From positions 512,001-576,000 of the forward strand of contig OY729416.1 in assembly GCA_963422265.1 (NCBI GenBank): DNA of 64,000 nucleotides, given 5' to 3'. The position numbers and the translations under genes were made by a program. This stretch comes from Thermodesulfobacteriota bacterium (GTDB taxonomy: Bacteria; Desulfobacterota_D; UBA1144; Nemesobacterales; UBA2774). Below, one piece after another: positions 1 through 9,843 of this stretch (the first letter of the stretch is position 1; the number at the start of each line of letters is the position of its first letter). The notes below the pieces were generated by a model that had not been told where the DNA came from, ran no database searches, and saw only the letters and a list, made by a program, of their open reading frames with translations.

Positions 1-1405
1 CAAGCCTTCCAAGAAGCATAAGGAAGCACGTCCATAACTTTGAGAAATCAGAGAGAAATTGGTAGTTACGCGTCGCTCCTACTTCCTCAAAACCTGGACC
101 TACGTTGCCAATCGTAGCAGCGGATAGGGATAGTGCTCCCATTATTGAGATGTCCTCAACCAATAGGATTACTAATACTGAAAGAATGAAAATAGCTATG
201 TAGAGAAGAAAAAAGCTTGTAATGCCGGATGCTATGTCATCGCTAACGGCTCTCTTATCTATTCTAAGGGGAAGGATGGCATGTGGCTTTATAAGGTGGT
301 TTATTTCCCTAATCCCTTTCTTAATTAAAACTAGTATTCTGATTACCTTAATCGAGCCCGTTGTAGATCCTGCGCACCCACCGACGAACATGAGAATAAG
401 GAGAGCAAATACGGCGAATTTAGTCCAGAGATTAGGGTCCGTCGTGCTGAAACCCGTCCCAGTCATTATAGAAATTATCTGAAATGACGCGTATCTAAGC
501 GATTCGAGGTAGCTTGGGTAATGGCGTAACCACAATTCGACACTGACCAACAGCACAAAGGCTACTAACAGAGACGCAAAGAATTTCAGCTCGGAACTCT
601 TTAAGAGTTTTGAGAATTTGCCGGTAAAAAAATAGTATAGGAGGAGGAAATTAGTCGCTCCCAAAATCATAAACAATATAATAATAAACTCTATAAAGGG
701 ATTACCGTAGCCTCCTATACTACCGTTATTGACTGAGAAGCCTCCCGTCGACACGGTGCTGAACGAGGTAGCGATGGCGTCAAAAATTGGCATACCAGCA
801 AAGTAGAGCAAAGCTATCAAGATTACGGATAGTATAATATAGACTAGCCATAAGCTTTTCGCCGTCTTGGCTACGTGCGGGGTTAGTTTTTCCGTAGTTG
901 GACCTGGGGCTTCAAGACTCATAAGCTGCATACCACCTACGGACAGCTTAGGCAAAACGGCAATGCACAAAATAATAATCCCCATGCCGCCTAACCATTG
1001 GGTGAAACCCCTATAAAACAATATACCGTGAGGGAGACTTTCTACATTGGAGATTACGGTAGCTCCCGTAGTCGTATAACCTGAGACGGACTCGAACAAC
1101 GCGTCCATTGGACTAGAAGAAACGCCTATGAACAAATACGGAAGTGCCCCGAAAAGGCTTGCCGCCATCCAACACGTGAAGGCGATAAAAAAAGCTTCCT
1201 TTCTGCCTATCTCAACTATACTTCCCGGCTCTTTAGTTGCTAGTTTTAGGGTAGCCCCTGAGCTGGCCGTTATTAAAGCAGTGATCCAAAAAACATGGAA
1301 CTTGCCGTCTCCATAGATAAAAGATGGGATTATGGGAATTAAGAACAGCAAGCCAAAGAATTTAAGAAAAATCCCGACTACGTGAAACGAACGCCTTAAA
1401 TTCAT
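1..1405 (-). CDS. trkH: TrkH family potassium uptake membrane protein (3' end runs off the window)
   Basis: Not in the ORF track. Manual translation from ATG at 1405 gives MNLRRSFHVVGIFLKFFG..., with Trk motifs FESVSGYTTTGAT, QWLGGMGII, FSTVSTGGF, GGCAGSTTGSIK, GNVGPG and LMLLGRL at the window edge. Confidence 0.93.
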   Translation of the reverse strand, partial: MNLRRSFHVVGIFLKFFGLLFLIPIIPSFIYGDGKFHVFWITALITASSGATLKLATKEPGSIVEIGRKEAFFIAFTCWMAASLFGALPYLFIGVSSSPMDALFESVSGYTTTGATVISNVESLPHGILFYRGFTQWLGGMGIIILCIAVLPKLSVGGMQLMSLEAPGPTTEKLTPHVAKTAKSLWLVYIILSVILIALLYFAGMPIFDAIATSFSTVSTGGFSVNNGSIGGYGNPFIEFIIILFMILGATNFLLLYYFFTGKFSKLLKSSELKFFASLLVAFVLLVSVELWLRHYPSYLESLRYASFQIISIMTGTGFSTTDPNLWTKFAVFALLILMFVGGCAGSTTGSIKVIRILVLIKKGIREINHLIKPHAILPLRIDKRAVSDDIASGITSFFLLYIAIFILSVLVILLVEDISIMGALSLSAATIGNVGPGFEEVGATRNYQFLSDFSKLWTCFLMLLGRL

Positions 1406-1449
1406 CCCCTATGTGTTTTTGGCTGCCCTTTTCTGGCTGGACTTGTCAT

Positions 1450-2817
1450 CTATTTCACCAGCCGTGCCGCCTCAGGGTTATGGCGCAGAAACGTATCAAG
1501 GTGCATATCTGAATATGAGCCCTTAGGATAGTACTCGTCGTAAAACTCAACGTCTATATTCATAGCCTGAAATACAAGCCTCATATACATAGGATCTACG
1601 AACGCAGGAAACCTGCCGTACCTGTCGTATATATAGTTAGCCACGTCTTTTACAATCTGTTTTGTAGTCTCCGTCGGCTTGGGGGCTCTCATTAAATGTT
1701 TATCGGGCTCCACGTAGGGAAACGGCTTGTCAGACTTCCAAGCGGCGTTTTTGTGCTCATGGAAAGCGTCAATCGCTTCATCCATATTTTTATAATATGG
1801 AGGGCAATAAGCTTCAAACACGCCATCCCTACCAACTGGCACGGTCGTGGGAGGATCAATTACGCCTTTCTTAGGTTGTATAAATCTGAAGCCGAGACCC
1901 TTAAACAACTCGGGGGCACAACCCATCGCGAATCTTGGGATAAATCCGCTGAACGTCCAACCTGCAAGTCCGAGGGCTTGGAGGGCGAGGCTCATATTCT
2001 GACAAATAAACGCCTGTTCAACGTTCAGCCCGGTGAGAATTCTTACCTCAAGGTCAAATAGAGATAGCTTTACGCTGTCTTTTAACCTTCCCTTTTCAAT
2101 CCATTTTGAGACTCCTGCGGGCTTCCCCGTAAGATCGTCAATAATGGTGAATCCGTATGAATGGCTGCAGTATAGGTGAAGTAAATTTATATATTCCTCA
2201 GTTACATCCGTAACCGGTATAAAAACAGAGGTGCCTGGCTTGTTCGTATTCCATTGGTTGAAATCAAAAAGCCCGGGCATACGGTCAGGAAGTTCCGCCC
2301 TCCCCTCCTCAAGCTTAACTAGGCTTTCGCGGTATAGCTCCAATAATTTTTCGATTCTCTGACTTCGGTTCATTTTGAAAAACACGTCAAGCTCGTGGTT
2401 TTTGGGGAGCATGTGTTTTACGTTGACGTGGTAAAGCCCTTTGTCATTAGTAAAAAATAGCTCAGTTCCGTGATTATTACATGCTGAGGGCCAAGTGCGT
2501 CCTGTCCACTGGCAAAGGAGGTCAATACCCGTCTCCGGAGGGAGGTCAGCGAGACAAAGACCCGTAAGCCCGGTTCCAGACCACACTAGAAGCGCTTCTT
2601 CCATCTCCTCAAGCGGTATAGGATCGTATTTAGATTCAAAACCAAGCGTCGTGTCTTCAAGCTTCATACCTAAGCCAAAACGACGAGACCTTCTATTAAA
2701 TATAGAATCAAATAATGGGTACTTTAGGGCAGCCTCGTATCTTTCATTTAGCTTAAACATCTCCTCCTTTCCATTAGCGTTCTTCTTATTCCCTTTTTTA
2801 TCAGTCTTCTTAGCCAT
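1450..2817 (-). CDS. Large nitroreductase-fold (putative FMN-binding) protein of unknown function, paralog 1
   Basis: 455 aa with GGAGG SD. RRSRRF resembles the nitroreductase FMN-binding RRSxR motif, and QNMSLALQALGLAGW resembles the QN..LAA.ALGLG motif. Paralog at 20235. Confidence 0.6.
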   Translation of the reverse strand: MAKKTDKKGNKKNANGKEEMFKLNERYEAALKYPLFDSIFNRRSRRFGLGMKLEDTTLGFESKYDPIPLEEMEEALLVWSGTGLTGLCLADLPPETGIDLLCQWTGRTWPSACNNHGTELFFTNDKGLYHVNVKHMLPKNHELDVFFKMNRSQRIEKLLELYRESLVKLEEGRAELPDRMPGLFDFNQWNTNKPGTSVFIPVTDVTEEYINLLHLYCSHSYGFTIIDDLTGKPAGVSKWIEKGRLKDSVKLSLFDLEVRILTGLNVEQAFICQNMSLALQALGLAGWTFSGFIPRFAMGCAPELFKGLGFRFIQPKKGVIDPPTTVPVGRDGVFEAYCPPYYKNMDEAIDAFHEHKNAAWKSDKPFPYVEPDKHLMRAPKPTETTKQIVKDVANYIYDRYGRFPAFVDPMYMRLVFQAMNIDVEFYDEYYPKGSYSDMHLDTFLRHNPEAARLVK

Positions 2818-3030
2818 TTTATACCTCCAGATTTATTCGGATTTGTATAGCCAATTCATAAACGCGTGAGCTTAACTAATCAAGCGCTTTGAGATGGCAA
2901 CAGACAATCTAAAGTAGCTCAATAAAAAAGCAAGAAATCTATTTCTAACCTAATTCTGTTCAAAATAACCTTTTTATGCTACTATTACAAGTCATTAGTG
3001 CCATACAATGAAATGTAATACAAAATCAAG

Positions 3031-3681
3031 ATGTTTTTAGCCTTTTTATGCTACTCAATTTTTCTCCACGCTATATTCATCATCTCTTTAGTCCCATTAT
3101 TTTTAGGAGAGCAAAAAGATGAGAAAGACGACTATATAGTTATTGCAATAGCAAGCAAACAGATACAGGAAAGGATACAGGAGAAACCAAAGAAGACGGT
3201 TACTAATAAGAAAGAGCCAGTTAAAAAGAACTACGAGAAAAAGCCCACTATACCACAAGAACAAAACCCCCTTATTAGCAAGAAACAAGAAATAATTAAA
3301 CCAGTTGAAGAATCCCAAAGTGAGGAGGTAGAGGAGGTAAAAGGTAGGCTGTTAAAAGAGCAAAGTGGGCCGAATAAGCCGATCAAGCCTAGTAAAAAGG
3401 ATGAGGTTGCTAAACCTGCCTACGGCGTTAACCCCAGTCCAAAGTATCCCAAGGTGGCTACAAGAAGGGGGTATGAAGGTGAGGTTCATGTAAGGGTTTT
3501 TGTTCACAATAATGGAAAAGTAGGCAAAATCGAGCTTGAGAAGTCCTCTGGCTACTCAATATTGGATAGGTCAGCCCTTAGAGCCGTAAAAAAATGGACG
3601 TTTATTCCAGCCCGAAAAAACGGTAATAAAATATCAAGCTGGGTAACGGTGCCTATAAAATTCCAACTTGACAAGAAATAA
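3031..3681 (+). CDS. tonB: TonB family energy transducer
   Basis: N-terminal TM helix, Lys/Glu/Pro-rich linker and TonB C-terminal domain (PKYPKVATRRGYEGEV...SSGYSILDRSALRAVKKWTFIPA). Confidence 0.85.
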   Translation: MFLAFLCYSIFLHAIFIISLVPLFLGEQKDEKDDYIVIAIASKQIQERIQEKPKKTVTNKKEPVKKNYEKKPTIPQEQNPLISKKQEIIKPVEESQSEEVEEVKGRLLKEQSGPNKPIKPSKKDEVAKPAYGVNPSPKYPKVATRRGYEGEVHVRVFVHNNGKVGKIELEKSSGYSILDRSALRAVKKWTFIPARKNGNKISSWVTVPIKFQLDKK

Positions 3682-3701
3682 ACGATGTCTTACTTACTAA
3701 A

Positions 3702-4205
3702 ATGAGAAAATACCTCAGAGCAATTACGATAGCGGCTATCATAGCAATTTTGGATCAGTTATCAAAATGGCTCATCGTGAAATACGTTCCTCTTTATTCT
3801 AATATTAACTTACTACCGTTTCTTGATATAAGTCACGTGCGAAATACGGGGGCAGCTTTTGGCCTGTTCAGCAATCTGCCAGAAGTTGTGAAGCTCCCAT
3901 TTTTTGCATTGGTTCTGATAGCGGCAGTCGTTATTATATTCTATTTTCTATCTAAAGTGGAAGTTCACGACAAGCTTCTGAGTTACTCTCTAGCCCTGAT
4001 ACTCGGCGGGGCAATTGGAAACTCAATAGATAGGTTCAGACTGAGATACGTAACTGATTTCATAGATTTTCACTGGTTTGGGAATCCAGAACTCCATTGG
4101 CCCCCGTTCAACATAGCTGACTCCGCCATCACAATCGGCGTTATACTGATACTGATAGCCACCTTTATATTAAGGGGGGGAGACGAGGAATGTTCACGGG
4201 GATAG
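3702..4205 (+). CDS. lspA: Lipoprotein signal peptidase II
   Basis: DQLSK, NTGAAFG, GGAIGNSIDR, VTDFID and FNIADSAI motifs. Confidence 0.95.
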   Translation: MRKYLRAITIAAIIAILDQLSKWLIVKYVPLYSNINLLPFLDISHVRNTGAAFGLFSNLPEVVKLPFFALVLIAAVVIIFYFLSKVEVHDKLLSYSLALILGGAIGNSIDRFRLRYVTDFIDFHWFGNPELHWPPFNIADSAITIGVILILIATFILRGGDEECSRG

Positions 4206-4801
4206 TTGAAGACATAGGGACGGTAAAAAGAATTGATACCAAAGAAAAGGAGATTGTGTTTACTTTTGAGGTAAATAAAATTGATTTAGACAACTCCGAG
4301 ATAGGAGATAGCATAGCCGTCAACGGCGCGTGTCTTACAGTAATCTCACTGAACAGGAAAGCTTTCTCAGTAGAGGCATCTCATGAAACCCTCATTAAAA
4401 CCAACCTCAATAATCTCAAGGTGGGAAGCAAGGTGAACCTTGAACGCTCACTCAAGGTAGGAGCTAAGCTCGGTGGACACATTGTAAATGGGCACGTGGA
4501 CGGCGTAGGTAGGGTAGAATCTACGGAGAAACAGGGAGATTCGGTAGAGTTTACTTTCTCTGTATCTGACGAGGTATTGAGATACATAGTTGAAAAGGGC
4601 TCTGTCTCAATTGACGGAGTAAGCCTTACTGTCAATTCCGTCCGCGGTAATGAATTTGCCGTGAATGTTATCCCATACACACGGAAAGAAACTATATTTG
4701 GGGAATTAGCGCAAGGAAGCCTTGTGAACGTTGAATGTGATATAATTGGCAAATACGTGGAAAAATTCATCGTGGGCACGGCAAAAAAGCAGTATTTATG
4801 A
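4190..4801 (+). CDS. ribE: Riboflavin synthase (alpha chain)
   Basis: MFTGIVE N-terminus, GDSIAVNGACLTV, GGHIVNGHVDG, KGSVSIDGVSLTV. Confidence 0.95.
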   Translation: MFTGIVEDIGTVKRIDTKEKEIVFTFEVNKIDLDNSEIGDSIAVNGACLTVISLNRKAFSVEASHETLIKTNLNNLKVGSKVNLERSLKVGAKLGGHIVNGHVDGVGRVESTEKQGDSVEFTFSVSDEVLRYIVEKGSVSIDGVSLTVNSVRGNEFAVNVIPYTRKETIFGELAQGSLVNVECDIIGKYVEKFIVGTAKKQYL

Positions 4802-4821
4802 GCCTTTCAGGTAGTTGATTT

Positions 4822-5340
4822 GTGAGCAAAAAAGACAAAAATATTTTCTTAGTCGGGTTTATGGGGGCTGGAAAGTCCACCGTTGGGCGTATTCTGGCTG
4901 AGGAAATGGGTTTTAGCTACTGTGATTCTGATAAGTTGTTAGAAGAGCAAGCAGGAGAGACAATCTCAAAGATTTTCTCGGAGCGCGGAGAGGATTACTT
5001 TAGGGATTTAGAATCACAAACCCTTGAATACATATCAAGTAAGGAGAAGCAAGTCGTTGCCACAGGGGGTGGAGTGGTTCAAAGAAAAGAAAACTGGATA
5101 GCTATGAAGAAAAGCGGCATAACAGTTTATCTCAAAGCATCCGTTGAAACTATGCTTGAACGTATAAAACACGACAACTCTCGACCACTACTACAAGTGA
5201 AAAATCCGATTGAAACCGCTAGAGAGCTTCTTGACATAAGAACTCCGATGTATGAAAAAGCGGATTTGATGATTAACACGGAAAACTGTTCACCTGGCAA
5301 GGTTGCCGATGAAATACTTAATAAACTTGTTAGCAAATAA
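4822..5340 (+). CDS. aroK: Shikimate kinase
   Basis: GFMGAGKSTVG P-loop, FRDLE, VATGGG, RPLL. Confidence 0.95.
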   Translation: MSKKDKNIFLVGFMGAGKSTVGRILAEEMGFSYCDSDKLLEEQAGETISKIFSERGEDYFRDLESQTLEYISSKEKQVVATGGGVVQRKENWIAMKKSGITVYLKASVETMLERIKHDNSRPLLQVKNPIETARELLDIRTPMYEKADLMINTENCSPGKVADEILNKLVSK

Positions 5341-5351
5341 CAAACTTGCCG

Positions 5352-5549
5352 TTATATTACCTCAACCGCTTGATTCATAAGTTCTTCAGGAAACCTTGCC
5401 ACCCTCCCGTCAAGGAATTGAACCCTGTATGATTTGCCATGAGGAAGATCAAAAGCCTCTACAATAGTTCCCTTAAGACCCTCTTCAAATCTATCCTTTT
5501 TTCCCTCGATAGACTGCGTTAGCTGAATGGATGATCCTTTTATATACAT
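5352..5549 (-). CDS. Small hypothetical protein, possibly an SH3-like beta fold
   Basis: 65-aa ORF filling the gap downstream of trxA in the same orientation, with a beta-strand-like pattern. Confidence 0.55.
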   Translation of the reverse strand: MYIKGSSIQLTQSIEGKKDRFEEGLKGTIVEAFDLPHGKSYRVQFLDGRVARFPEELMNQAVEVI

Positions 5550-5615
5550 ACTATTAATAAAACCTTCCTTCGGGGCAGCAGCTTAGAAGATTGCAACTTG
5601 ACGAGCACCTAGCGC

Positions 5616-5945
5616 TTAAAAGGCTTTTTCTATAGCCCTCTCAATTTCACCTTTGGGAACAGCTCCAATTATTTGCTCTATAGCTTCTCCACCTTTGAAA
5701 ACTATGAGCGTTGGAATACTCCTAATCCCAAACTTCATTGTGGTCTCTTGATTTTCATCAACGTTGACCTTGCCGACCTTTAGTTGTTCCTTGTAAGCAG
5801 ATGATACTTCTTCTACTATAGGGGTTATAGCCCTACAGGGGCCACACCAAGGCGCCCAAAAATCAACTAGGACTGGAAGATCACTTTTTATTACTTCTTC
5901 TTCAAAGTTTGAATCGCTTAGTTCTACTACTGAGTTACTAGACAT
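5616..5945 (-). CDS. trxA: Thioredoxin
   Basis: DFWAPWCGPCR active site, GIRSIPTL, GAGGAG SD. Confidence 0.97.
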   Translation of the reverse strand: MSSNSVVELSDSNFEEEVIKSDLPVLVDFWAPWCGPCRAITPIVEEVSSAYKEQLKVGKVNVDENQETTMKFGIRSIPTLIVFKGGEAIEQIIGAVPKGEIERAIEKAF

Positions 5946-6023
5946 GGCGCTCTCCTCAAATAAAAAGTTGAGATATAATATATACTATATCCACTCTGTG
6001 TCACCCTCAATGCCTCAATGAGT

Positions 6024-7547
6024 TCAATGCTCTTCTATCTCAACGTTGTTACTCTGAAGAAGCGTTCCTGTTGCACTTTTTAATTCAGCTAGATAAATGT
6101 TGTAACTTGTAATCGCTTTTATCTCACGCGTTCCGGCGTCTATAAGGTCCCTTTGCGCCTCCATAACTTCTCGGGTAGTGCCTATACCGACGTTTAATTT
6201 CTCCTGCTCGTTGCTAAGCACCTCTTCTGCAAGTTCAACCGACGCTCTAGCAGCATCTATAGCCTTCAAAGCACTTTCTATCCCCCTAATGGTGCTTCTT
6301 ACCTCAAGCGCAATATTATCCCAAGTCCGTTTCAACGTAATAGCAGCCATTTGAAGCTCAGCCGAAGCCTTTAGATGCTCGCCCCTAGCGGTCTTGTTAA
6401 ATAGGGGAAAGCTAAATTTTCCCAGCACCTGCCAAGTCGCAAAATCTGCATCCCAAATCTGCTTATAAGCATCCTCACGGCTATCGAATTGAGGTGGAAT
6501 GGGTTTAGATTTTTCATTTCCGAAGCTTTGTCTCTTCGGGTTTTCATCCCCACCAAGCCCCTTTAATTCAAGATTTCCCTCAATGGTGAGACTAGGCAGT
6601 CTTTGGTTTGAATAATATCTTTTCAGGGTCTTTTTATTCTCTATATCCAGTTTTACCTTACCTATTTCGGGGCGGAGCTCATAAGCCTTATCTAGTGAAC
6701 TCTGCTCGTCATACTTATATACCTCAGTAGTAGGTTCGTCAGTTACTTCTATTCTTTGAGAAAGGTTTATCCCAAGGATATTCTTAAAATTATCCTCTGC
6801 CGAACTCAACTCGTTCTCAGCCCTTATCAAATCTATCTCCTTTGCCGCGACCTCCGATTTTGCCTGCGTAGCGGCGATCGGAGGAAGAACGCCAACTTCA
6901 ATGCGTATTTCATTTCTTGCCTGAAGGTCAAGGGCAAGCTCGAGTCCTTTTTTTTCAAGCTCAAGGTTTTTCTTCGCGGCAACCAGAAGCCAATAATGCC
7001 TCTCTACATCTAGCAGGACGTTACTCGCAATTATATCCAGTTCTTTTTCTGCAATCTGGCTCGATCTTTCCGCAGTAATTATAAGAGCCCTATTCACTTC
7101 AAGACCAAAGCCCCTAAGAAGATTCTGTCCCAAACTAAAGCCGAGGGTATTGGACCAACTTGGGCTCAAGTCCACAATGCTTGAATCAGTTTTCACCCTG
7201 CTAGTTGAAAAAGTGAGAAGGTTATAAAAAGTTCCTGTTGGTAACTTGCCTTCCACTTTAGCTGATGCCCCTAGTTGTTTCTCATTTACAACTCCGTCTG
7301 GGACGAAGGTGCTAGATGTGGGAACCTCACTCTCGGCATAGAATGAATTTATACTCAGCACTGGGTCAAAGGAGCCTTTCCTAGTCGTAACCTCAGCTTG
7401 AGAAGCTTCGACGCTACGCCTTTGTATCTGTATATCCGTATTGTTTTCAAGGGCTATAAGGATTGAGTCGCTAAGGGAAAGGTTTAATAGCGGATCACCT
7501 TTGCCCGCCATTGCGATCAGCATTAGCAATAGAGTCTTGGTAATCAA
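6024..7547 (-). CDS. TolC family outer membrane efflux protein
   Basis: Signal-like N-terminus, ALENN motif, two OEP-like helical repeats, and an AAGGAG SD before the TTG start. Confidence 0.85.
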   Translation of the reverse strand: MITKTLLLMLIAMAGKGDPLLNLSLSDSILIALENNTDIQIQRRSVEASQAEVTTRKGSFDPVLSINSFYAESEVPTSSTFVPDGVVNEKQLGASAKVEGKLPTGTFYNLLTFSTSRVKTDSSIVDLSPSWSNTLGFSLGQNLLRGFGLEVNRALIITAERSSQIAEKELDIIASNVLLDVERHYWLLVAAKKNLELEKKGLELALDLQARNEIRIEVGVLPPIAATQAKSEVAAKEIDLIRAENELSSAEDNFKNILGINLSQRIEVTDEPTTEVYKYDEQSSLDKAYELRPEIGKVKLDIENKKTLKRYYSNQRLPSLTIEGNLELKGLGGDENPKRQSFGNEKSKPIPPQFDSREDAYKQIWDADFATWQVLGKFSFPLFNKTARGEHLKASAELQMAAITLKRTWDNIALEVRSTIRGIESALKAIDAARASVELAEEVLSNEQEKLNVGIGTTREVMEAQRDLIDAGTREIKAITSYNIYLAELKSATGTLLQSNNVEIEEH

Positions 7548-7656
7548 TATTAGCTCCTTTTAATGTTAAAGTGCTATTACAATACTGCACCTACCTAATA
7601 AAAGCACCAAGAGTTCACACACTTCCTTCATAGGACTCGCCTTCTGCTTCAGCCAC

Positions 7657-7684
7657 GTAGGGATAGAATAAACCCTACCCCTAC
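7657..7684. repeat. REP-like hairpin (GTAGGG...CCCTAC)
   Basis: Intergenic gtagggatagaataaaccctacccctac forms an inverted repeat resembling GTAG-family REPs. Confidence 0.35.
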
Positions 7685-7745
7685 AACAGTTTATTTATGC
7701 AAGAGTGAACAAGCTGCACAATATGGACATCTACGCTTAGTGTTG

Positions 7746-8684
7746 TTAGCTTGAGTATGTCTCAACCGTGCTTTGCATTACCTCAACGTTACTCTGTTTT
7801 CCAGCGGGAGCTGGAACAATAATAGGAAGATCAACCCCTGCTTCTCTATATTCTTCGAGCTTAGCACGACATCTATCCGGAGGACCTATCAGGGCTATGG
7901 AATCAAGCATATCGTCCGTAAACACGTCCACCGGCTTTGCCCCATCCCTTATTTTATCAATAGCTTCACCATAACCGTTATTTATCATAAGCCTCTGATA
8001 AAATGGGAAGTTTAAGTAAGGTGAGAATCCTCGTTTTCCCGAAGCCCTGGCAAGCTCAAGGTCGTCCGACACGACGGATGGTATCCCTAGAGTAACGTCT
8101 ATATCTGATGGTTTTCTCCCTGCTGCCGATGCCCCTTCGGCTATGTAACCCTTTAGAGTAGAAATATAATCAACTGTCGTCATATAAGGCATAAGCCCAT
8201 CCGCAACCTCACCCGCGAGCTTTGCGGCGCCCTTAGTGAGTCCTGCAATGTAAACAGGAACTTTAGGCACTTGACGCTTGAGAGTGAGTTGTGGCGCCGA
8301 ACCATCCATAAAGGCTTTTACCCGAACTACGTAATCCTTCATGGTTTCCATAGGGTCTCCCATATCTATCTCGTAACGATCGTTTACGGGCTTGTGGCTT
8401 ACTCCAAGACCAAGAACCATTCGTCCATCCGTGATCTCTTGGATAGTAAGTGAGGTAGCAGCAGCTATTACAGGTTGGCGCATATATATGTTGGTGATCC
8501 ACGTTCCAACGTTGATTCTCGAGGTAGCTTCAGCGAATACTTGGGCGTTTGATAGCGCGTTGTATGGCGGAACTTCGGGAGAAAAAATTGCTTCAAACCC
8601 TCCGTCCTCGGCAATCTTTGCGAGAGAGCGAAGGTCCCCTATACTACATCCCCAAACGGGTGAAATTGTGGCTATTCTTGACAT
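7746..8684 (-). CDS. LLM-class (luciferase-like) flavin/F420-dependent oxidoreductase
   Basis: ATSRINVGTWITN, GRMVLGLGVSH, PVYIAG...AGEVADG, AGRKPSDID. Confidence 0.88.
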   Translation of the reverse strand: MSRIATISPVWGCSIGDLRSLAKIAEDGGFEAIFSPEVPPYNALSNAQVFAEATSRINVGTWITNIYMRQPVIAAATSLTIQEITDGRMVLGLGVSHKPVNDRYEIDMGDPMETMKDYVVRVKAFMDGSAPQLTLKRQVPKVPVYIAGLTKGAAKLAGEVADGLMPYMTTVDYISTLKGYIAEGASAAGRKPSDIDVTLGIPSVVSDDLELARASGKRGFSPYLNFPFYQRLMINNGYGEAIDKIRDGAKPVDVFTDDMLDSIALIGPPDRCRAKLEEYREAGVDLPIIVPAPAGKQSNVEVMQSTVETYSS

Positions 8685-8709
8685 GAGAGTCCTCCTTTAC
8701 GATTTTGTC

Positions 8710-9630
8710 TTAATATTGATTGATAACATCTCTGTAATAATCGGGCATGAGAAGCGATTCATCGCTACTCTTTAACACAGCTTGTATTTCTTCTAGCACC
8801 CTTGCCTTGTCCTCTGGAAATTTGGCTTTTATCGGTAGGAAGTTTGAAATGTGGTTTGAGAAGAAGTAACCATCAGATAATTCGGTGTTTTCAACGATCA
8901 CCTCAAGCTCCTTTATCATCTGAAACTTTTCTGGAAGTTCAAACCTGCCAGTCTTCCATTCTTCGTAAAGAGGTGCCCCAGGACGTATTTGGAGAGATAA
9001 TGCTCCTACGTATTCAGGGTTGCTCTCGGTTAAAAGCTTGCCCGTGGCTTCTGCGTGCTCAAGGCTTCTATCAACGCCCCCCATTCCAAGTAGGACCATA
9101 GCGGAATTCATGATGCCTGCTTCTTTTAGCAACCGTGACGCATTTACGGTCTCATCAAAGTTAGCGCCCTTTTTTATCCTCTCAAGCACGACGTTATCTC
9201 CACTCTCAAAACCTATATAAACCATATCGAGTCCGTGCTCTCTGATCTGTTTTAAGTTTTCCGCTCCTTGCCTTAATATATCGCCTACGTTCGCGTACAT
9301 TCTGATTCTTTTAATATTAGGATTTTTTTCTTTAAGGTATTCTATGATCTCAATTAGCTTTTTTTTGGATAATACAAGCGCGTTGCCATCCGCTATAAAA
9401 ACACGTTCACCGATTATACCCTCTTGGCTTGCCGCATCTATGATTTCTTTGATCTCTCGCATCGGTCGCACACGGAACTTTTGCTCTTCCTTGCGGTACA
9501 TAGCGCAGTAGGTGCACTGATTATGCGAACAGCCAATTGTTGCTTGAAGTATAAAGCTCTTAGCTTCGCTGGGGGGTCTGAAATATGGGCTTACATATTC
9601 TATCACGTCCTGTAGTGTAGCAAATTTCAT
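8710..9630 (-). CDS. Radical SAM protein of unknown function
   Basis: RPPSEA..LQATIGCSHNQCTYC (CxxxCxxC), FIADGNAL, YIGFESG. Confidence 0.88.
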   Translation of the reverse strand: MKFATLQDVIEYVSPYFRPPSEAKSFILQATIGCSHNQCTYCAMYRKEEQKFRVRPMREIKEIIDAASQEGIIGERVFIADGNALVLSKKKLIEIIEYLKEKNPNIKRIRMYANVGDILRQGAENLKQIREHGLDMVYIGFESGDNVVLERIKKGANFDETVNASRLLKEAGIMNSAMVLLGMGGVDRSLEHAEATGKLLTESNPEYVGALSLQIRPGAPLYEEWKTGRFELPEKFQMIKELEVIVENTELSDGYFFSNHISNFLPIKAKFPEDKARVLEEIQAVLKSSDESLLMPDYYRDVINQY

Positions 9631-9696
9631 GACGATATCAAGTTAGAAAATATAAATGATCTTTACAAGGCAAATTGATTATTTATAATAATAGTT

Positions 9697-9837
9697 ATGC
9701 AGAAAGAGAACAGCAGAAATAGTCTGGAGTTAGATGAACGCGAAAAAGTTGGCGCTTGGTACATTGGGGGAGTATTGGTACTAATACTTTCAATAGTCTT
9801 TCTAGCCTCGCTGACTCACTTGGTATTAAGCCCGTAG
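9697..9837 (+). CDS. Small single-pass membrane protein (46 aa)
   Basis: Manual translation MQKENSRNSLELDEREKVGAWYIGGVLVLILSIVFLASLTHLVLSP*. Fills the gap between two minus-strand genes and follows TTTACA-N16-TATAAT. Confidence 0.55.
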   Translation: MQKENSRNSLELDEREKVGAWYIGGVLVLILSIVFLASLTHLVLSP

Positions 9838-9843
9838 TTGTGG

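Noticed and set aside
222-1316. Plus-strand ORFs 222..482 and 1128..1316
   Set aside because: Antisense shadows of trkH.
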